In this document: positions 59,918-64,000 of the stretch, in pieces
Numbering within the stretch: position 1 is the stretch's first letter
Layout: every line of letters begins with the position of its first letter
IMG/VR virus record: IMGVR_UViG_3300013936_000014
Length of the DNA stretch: 64,000 nucleotides
Direction: 5' to 3' (one strand)
Source: a virus
Lineage: Duplodnaviria > Caudoviricetes
Translations under genes and position numbers: made by a program
The notes under the pieces: model-generated
Told to the model about the DNA's origin: nothing
Seen by the model: only the letters and a program-made list of their open reading frames with translations
Database searches by the model: none

Positions 59918-60490
59918 ATGAAATACATATACAGCAAAGAAAAAATCGATGCAGCCATGAAGCGTCTCAGAAGGTTCCGCACCTTTAAAGCCTATATCAG
60001 CGAGCATTTCGCCGGCGGAAAGGATACCGTCATCGAAGTCTGTGGGATAGACGACGACAGAAAGGAGGGCTGGGAAAAGATCGATAAAGTTAACAAAATC
60101 CTTTCGGATCTTTTGGGCGAAGACGCCTATCTCGAATGCCACGACCATTGCTGCCACTATTGCTACATCGGAACGGATGAGCGGGCCGAAAAGGGAAGCG
60201 AGCACGACCCCATCCGGCTGAATGGGGGCAACCTGGAAGACTATCCCAACAAAATCATCTATCAGGTCCAGCAGCTCTGGAAGCAGCTTGCGGAGAACAA
60301 AGGAGACGAAGGGACCTGCGTCCTTGGGGAGAAATTGAATTTCTCCTACCAAGGGAAGCATTACTCCATGATCCCTTTGGATAGATGCCAGGGAAGCCTC
60401 TCGAGGGAATCGTACCTCAAGACAATCGAATCCCTTTTGGAATCGATCGGATGCGGCGATCTCCGCTTCGATTGGGGGATCATGGATTAG
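59918..60490 (+). CDS. Hypothetical protein
   Basis: AAGGAGG RBS. Confidence 0.65.
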   Translation: MKYIYSKEKIDAAMKRLRRFRTFKAYISEHFAGGKDTVIEVCGIDDDRKEGWEKIDKVNKILSDLLGEDAYLECHDHCCHYCYIGTDERAEKGSEHDPIRLNGGNLEDYPNKIIYQVQQLWKQLAENKGDEGTCVLGEKLNFSYQGKHYSMIPLDRCQGSLSRESYLKTIESLLESIGCGDLRFDWGIMD

Positions 60491-60599
60491 GAAGCGAGGC
60501 AAAACGCGCGTCTCCACAAATCGAAATGTCGTTAAACTTCTCTTTTCGGGCTTCAGTCAAAGCCAACGATATGCTATAATGTTCAAGGAGGCAAATGTT

Positions 60600-61073
60600 A
60601 TGAACGAACAGCAAATCAACAAAATCCTGGAAGGAATCCATTGCGGTTCCTTCACCAAGGTGGTCTATAAGACCGCCCTTCACGCCAACAAAGACCACAA
60701 AGGCGTGGAAGTCGTCAAACTGGTCAAGGCGATCGTCCGTTTTGGGGTAGAATACTCCAAAATGGCCTCCGTCAGGCAAAAGGCTGCCCAAAAAGCCGCG
60801 CTCGGCTTGGCGGTCGACACCCACAAGCTCCCATGGGGAAGCTGGAAGAACAGATTCCTCATCGAGAACAAAGGGCAGCTTTACATCCGCCTTACGTGCC
60901 CGAAGAACAATGTCTCTTTGAGACCGGTCGTCATTGGGTATTACGCCGATGGGAGAGAAATTTCCAGAGCAGAGGCTGAAAAGATGACCCGTCCATCTGA
61001 CTGGGACCAAAAAGACGAGGCCCTCGACGTCTACACCAAGAGAATCGAGGACATCGTCTCGATCGGCGAATAG
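60600..61073 (+). CDS. Hypothetical basic phage protein
   Basis: AAGGAGG RBS; LPWGSW motif. Confidence 0.65.
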   Translation: MNEQQINKILEGIHCGSFTKVVYKTALHANKDHKGVEVVKLVKAIVRFGVEYSKMASVRQKAAQKAALGLAVDTHKLPWGSWKNRFLIENKGQLYIRLTCPKNNVSLRPVVIGYYADGREISRAEAEKMTRPSDWDQKDEALDVYTKRIEDIVSIGE

Positions 61074-61079
61074 GCGATT

Positions 61080-61134
61080 CCGTCCCGAGCATGACGCTAA
61101 AAGGCTCTGATTTGACTTTCAACAAAGTCAACGA
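61080..61134 (+). repeat. Intergenic element type A, copy 7
   Basis: Core plus TTGACTTT-caac-AAAGTCAACGA. Confidence 0.9.
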
Positions 61135-61161
61135 TTTTCGCAACACAGGGAGGAAAATGCC

Positions 61162-61743
61162 ATGAGCACCAGAAGCTTAATTGCAAAACAAACGAAAGAT
61201 GGGAGGTATAAAGCCATCTATTGCCATTTCGATGGCTACGTGTCGGGGGTCGGCGTGACCCTTGACGCCAACTATGACACCGAGGAAAAAGTCGATGAGC
61301 TGATTTCTTTGGGAGATATCTCCGCCCTTATGGGGACCATCGAGAAAACGAGGGGAAAAGCCTATAAAGAAGGCCATCAGAGGATCTATGCCAAGCATGA
61401 TTTGGAAAATCTTCAGGGAAGCGGGATAGAGTACGTCTACCTGTATGTCAGCAACGGATTGTGGAACGTCTACGATGTCTACGGAGGCTATTGGGACCTG
61501 CTTCCGAATCTGCTTAAGGAACAGGGGCTACAATCCAAGTTCGCGGAGAGGTGGGACGCCAATCTCGGAAACATCGAGAAAGGCGACGCCTACATGCAGA
61601 TGAGGAGGGCTGAGGAAGAAGGCAAGCTCGCCGACCTCCTCATGGACGCTTTGGACTCGCTGAGCGAGGAGGATTACGAATCCTTCAGAAAAAGATGGTC
61701 CGAGGTCTGGGCATCCCACGTCTTCTACAAAAAAGAAGGATAG
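61162..61743 (+). CDS. Conserved hypothetical phage protein
   Basis: MSTRSLI...IYCHFDGY..GVG. Confidence 0.7.
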   Translation: MSTRSLIAKQTKDGRYKAIYCHFDGYVSGVGVTLDANYDTEEKVDELISLGDISALMGTIEKTRGKAYKEGHQRIYAKHDLENLQGSGIEYVYLYVSNGLWNVYDVYGGYWDLLPNLLKEQGLQSKFAERWDANLGNIEKGDAYMQMRRAEEEGKLADLLMDALDSLSEEDYESFRKRWSEVWASHVFYKKEG

Positions 61744-61760
61744 CGCAAATCCGGCAACCA

Positions 61761-61811
61761 TGGAAGGAAAACCACCCAAACCCTCCTGCGGCAGGAAGTC
61801 GGCCGCAACGA
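61761..61811 (+). repeat. Intergenic element type B variant
   Basis: TGG-AAGGAAAA-CCA (covariant stem)..AAACC..TGCGGC..GCCGCAACGA. Confidence 0.7.
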
Positions 61812-61842
61812 CCTTTGTTTGATCTGAAAGGAGAAATTGACA

Positions 61843-62763
61843 ATGTCAGCAAACCAAAGCAAAAAGACCGAAGCCCTTTACAGCTTCGCCGACAAAGACG
61901 TCGCGGGGCTTCACGTCCACATCTCTTCCGGAAACGGGAAGATCGGCCACATCTGGAACGTCTCGACCGTTCCGGGGGACGCCCTCAACGCGCCAACCGT
62001 CAGCCGCGACGGCAAACAGACGCGCATCACCGACGTCGCCGGCACCTGCGGAGGCGTCTGCAAGGACTGCCATAATTTCTGCTACGCCTTCGACTCGATG
62101 CGCCAGCACCACAATGCCTGCGCCCCCGCGTGGAGCGAGAACACCCTCGTCTACCGCAAGGACGTCGACCGCTTCATGAAGGAGATCGACGACGCCATCA
62201 CGGCGAAGAACTCCAGACCCCGCGGCAAGAAGGTCGAGGAGTTCCGCATCAATGTCTCGGGGGAGCTCGAGTCCTATCGCTCGCTCCTTCTCTGGATAAA
62301 GCTCGCCGAGAGGCATCCGGAGACCCGCTTCGGCATCTACACCAAGAGATTCTCCTGGGTCGTGGACTATCTCAAGGCGAACGCCAAGTTCCCGGCGAAC
62401 TTCTTCATCAACGCGTCCGAATGGAACCACAACATCGACCATCTCAAGCCGATGATCGAGGGCAGGACCAACATCTTCGCCTACTGCGATTCCCTCGCCG
62501 AGGCGCAGGAATACCTCGATAAGGGGTACAGGATGTGCAGGGCGATCGATCATCGCGGCTGCCACACCGGCGTGAAGTGCGACGAATGCGGCTATTGCTA
62601 CGGCCGCTACGGCATCATCAACGTCTTCGTCCTCGATCACAGCGCCGCCGGCCGCGTGCGCTTGGCGAAAGAGGCAAAGGAGCTTAAGGCGAACGGAAAG
62701 CTCGACGCCGTCATCAAGCGTCTCGAAGACGCCCAGGCCGTCGAAGGAAAGGAGGCCAAATAA
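61843..62763 (+). CDS. Gp88-like (radical-SAM-related) protein
   Basis: GNGKIG, TC..C..C...CYA, FRINVSGE, YTKR, C-terminal CDECGYC. Confidence 0.7.
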   Translation: MSANQSKKTEALYSFADKDVAGLHVHISSGNGKIGHIWNVSTVPGDALNAPTVSRDGKQTRITDVAGTCGGVCKDCHNFCYAFDSMRQHHNACAPAWSENTLVYRKDVDRFMKEIDDAITAKNSRPRGKKVEEFRINVSGELESYRSLLLWIKLAERHPETRFGIYTKRFSWVVDYLKANAKFPANFFINASEWNHNIDHLKPMIEGRTNIFAYCDSLAEAQEYLDKGYRMCRAIDHRGCHTGVKCDECGYCYGRYGIINVFVLDHSAAGRVRLAKEAKELKANGKLDAVIKRLEDAQAVEGKEAK

Positions 62764-63341
62764 TGACTCTCGCGGAATTCGACGTGATGATGGCGGAAGC
62801 CCTCACGCGCATCGGGATGAACGTCCCGTCCCTCAGACATCGCTACGCGCCTCTCGGCTCATGGGAGGCGAACGCCGTCAGGAACCACTCCCTGATAGCG
62901 ACCCGCGGGCCCGCCAGCGTCGCGATCGACCTCGAAAAGGTAATCGAATCCGGCGAGGATACCGGGGCATTGCTTCCGTCGTACCTGAAGTCCATAGCGA
63001 CCAACCTTCGCCGCATGCGCGAGTTCGGCGACGACGGCAACCGCCCCCTCCGAATGCCGAAATCGATCCCCGAAGAGGCGGTCCGCTCCTACGCCGCCCA
63101 TCTTGACCGATACGGCAGCACCGTCTGCAGACACGAGTATCTGGAGAGATTCGGCGCAGACGGGATCCGCGAGGCGCTGGCCGACCATGGATGCGAAGTT
63201 CGCGTCGATGTGCTCGAAAACCATTTCGAACCCATGACGATGACGAATTACGAATGCGACGGGGGCGGCTATTCGCGCGTCGTCGCGATTCAGCCGACCG
63301 TCAGGCTGACCCTGTTGAGGAAGGGGGGCAAAAACAGATGA
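62763..63341 (+). CDS. Hypothetical protein
   Basis: Coupled TAATG start. Confidence 0.6.
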   Translation: MTLAEFDVMMAEALTRIGMNVPSLRHRYAPLGSWEANAVRNHSLIATRGPASVAIDLEKVIESGEDTGALLPSYLKSIATNLRRMREFGDDGNRPLRMPKSIPEEAVRSYAAHLDRYGSTVCRHEYLERFGADGIREALADHGCEVRVDVLENHFEPMTMTNYECDGGGYSRVVAIQPTVRLTLLRKGGKNR

Positions 63342-63353
63342 GACCCGGAAGAG

Positions 63354-63380
63354 AAAGGCGCCTTGTGCGCCTTTTTTCTT
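63354..63380 (+). terminator. Intrinsic terminator
   Basis: AAAGGCGC-cttgt-GCGCCTTTTTT. Confidence 0.8.
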
Positions 63381-63414
63381 CTTGGTTTTCATATATAGGA
63401 AAGGAGGTGGTTCT

Positions 63415-63567
63415 GTGAATCGCAAACGCGTCTTCGTTTTGACTCTTTGGCTGATTCTACTGACGATGACCATAGCCGCATTGGCTATGGGGGTGAAACC
63501 AGAATATCTCGTCGGGGAATTCCTGGGACTCGCGTCGCCGCTCATCGTCTATCTTGTCTCGAGATAG
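63415..63567 (+). CDS. Small two-TM membrane peptide (50 aa)
   Basis: AAAGGAGGTG RBS; GTG start. Confidence 0.6.
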   Translation: MNRKRVFVLTLWLILLTMTIAALAMGVKPEYLVGEFLGLASPLIVYLVSR

Positions 63568-63622
63568 CGTCTGAGCGGCGACGGCATCGTTCCCCGAAAC
63601 AAAAAGAAAGGAGGTGAGCCAT

Positions 63623-63706
63623 ATGGGATTAGCCATTCTTCCGATTGCGCTTGTTGCCCTGATGATCTGGGCCCTTTGGGCCGTCAACCATCCGGACGGC
63701 AGGTAG
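63623..63706 (+). CDS. 27-aa hydrophobic peptide MGLAILPIALVALMIWALWAVNHPDGR
   Basis: AAAGGAGGTG RBS; manual translation. Confidence 0.6.
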   Translation: MGLAILPIALVALMIWALWAVNHPDGR

Positions 63707-63765
63707 CGGCTTTTTTGGGGGGCGAAAGCCCCCAACGACCCATTCCAAGAAAGGAGGTGACGAAT

Positions 63766-63852
63766 ATGTGGTTCGTTGTCACATTGGCCATGGCTTTTGC
63801 CTATCTGTGCATCCATGTGTTCAAAAACGATAGCCGCCATGGGCCATTCTAG
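63766..63852 (+). CDS. 28-aa hydrophobic peptide MWFVVTLAMAFAYLCIHVFKNDSRHGPF
   Basis: AAAGGAGGTG RBS; manual translation. Confidence 0.6.
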   Translation: MWFVVTLAMAFAYLCIHVFKNDSRHGPF

Positions 63853-64000
63853 GTCCGAGATTGGGGAGGGCTTCGAAAGAAGCCCTCCTTCAAGAAGGTT
63901 CGAAAACGGGTCCCCTTGAAGGTGGGCACGCCCCCCCCGAATTTTTCGCCCCGCCGGGGGATTTTTTCGCCCCCCGTTTTTTTTCTTTCCGCCCCCCTCT

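Noticed and set aside
51314-61134. CRISPR array from the 28-bp repeats
   Set aside because: Copies are 1-3 kb apart and separated by whole genes; no spacers and no cas genes
51314-61811. Integron attC cassettes
   Set aside because: No RYYYAAC/GTTRRRY box arrangement, and no IntI-like gene adjacent to the array
63655-63730. Hammerhead ribozyme (CUGAUGA...GAAA)
   Set aside because: Lies within a peptide CDS, and flanking stems do not form a hammerhead core
1-64000. Alternative genetic code
   Set aside because: Genes are intact under the standard code, with TAA, TAG and TGA all used as stops

Overview
This window is a 64-kb segment of a large SPbeta-like tailed phage, probably infecting a gut Bacillota/Bacilli host (inferred). 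The left arm (1-40.7 kb, minus strand) is the late/morphogenesis region: metallophosphoesterase, terminase, portal, protease/scaffold, major capsid, neck and tail genes, a holin, four GPT-collagen fibre proteins beside a GT2-TPR glycosyltransferase, a RuvC-like nuclease, a tyrosine recombinase and nrdD/nrdG. Three free-standing Hef-like endonucleases are inserted among these genes. The right arm (plus strand) carries a YonO-like single-subunit RNA polymerase and then an array of small early-type genes. The notable content is at the RNA level: (1) two ORF-less group I introns, one splitting the RNAP DFDGD catalytic motif and one splitting the NrdD PMG/CR catalytic loop; (2) a pistol ribozyme at the head of the early array; (3) a ~0.9-kb densely structured non-coding RNA candidate; (4) about 15 intergenic pseudoknot and/or hairpin-CAACGA elements placed just before RBSs, with traces of repeat-associated duplication and deletion. 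Protein family calls rest on motif recognition and synteny only; no searches were run.
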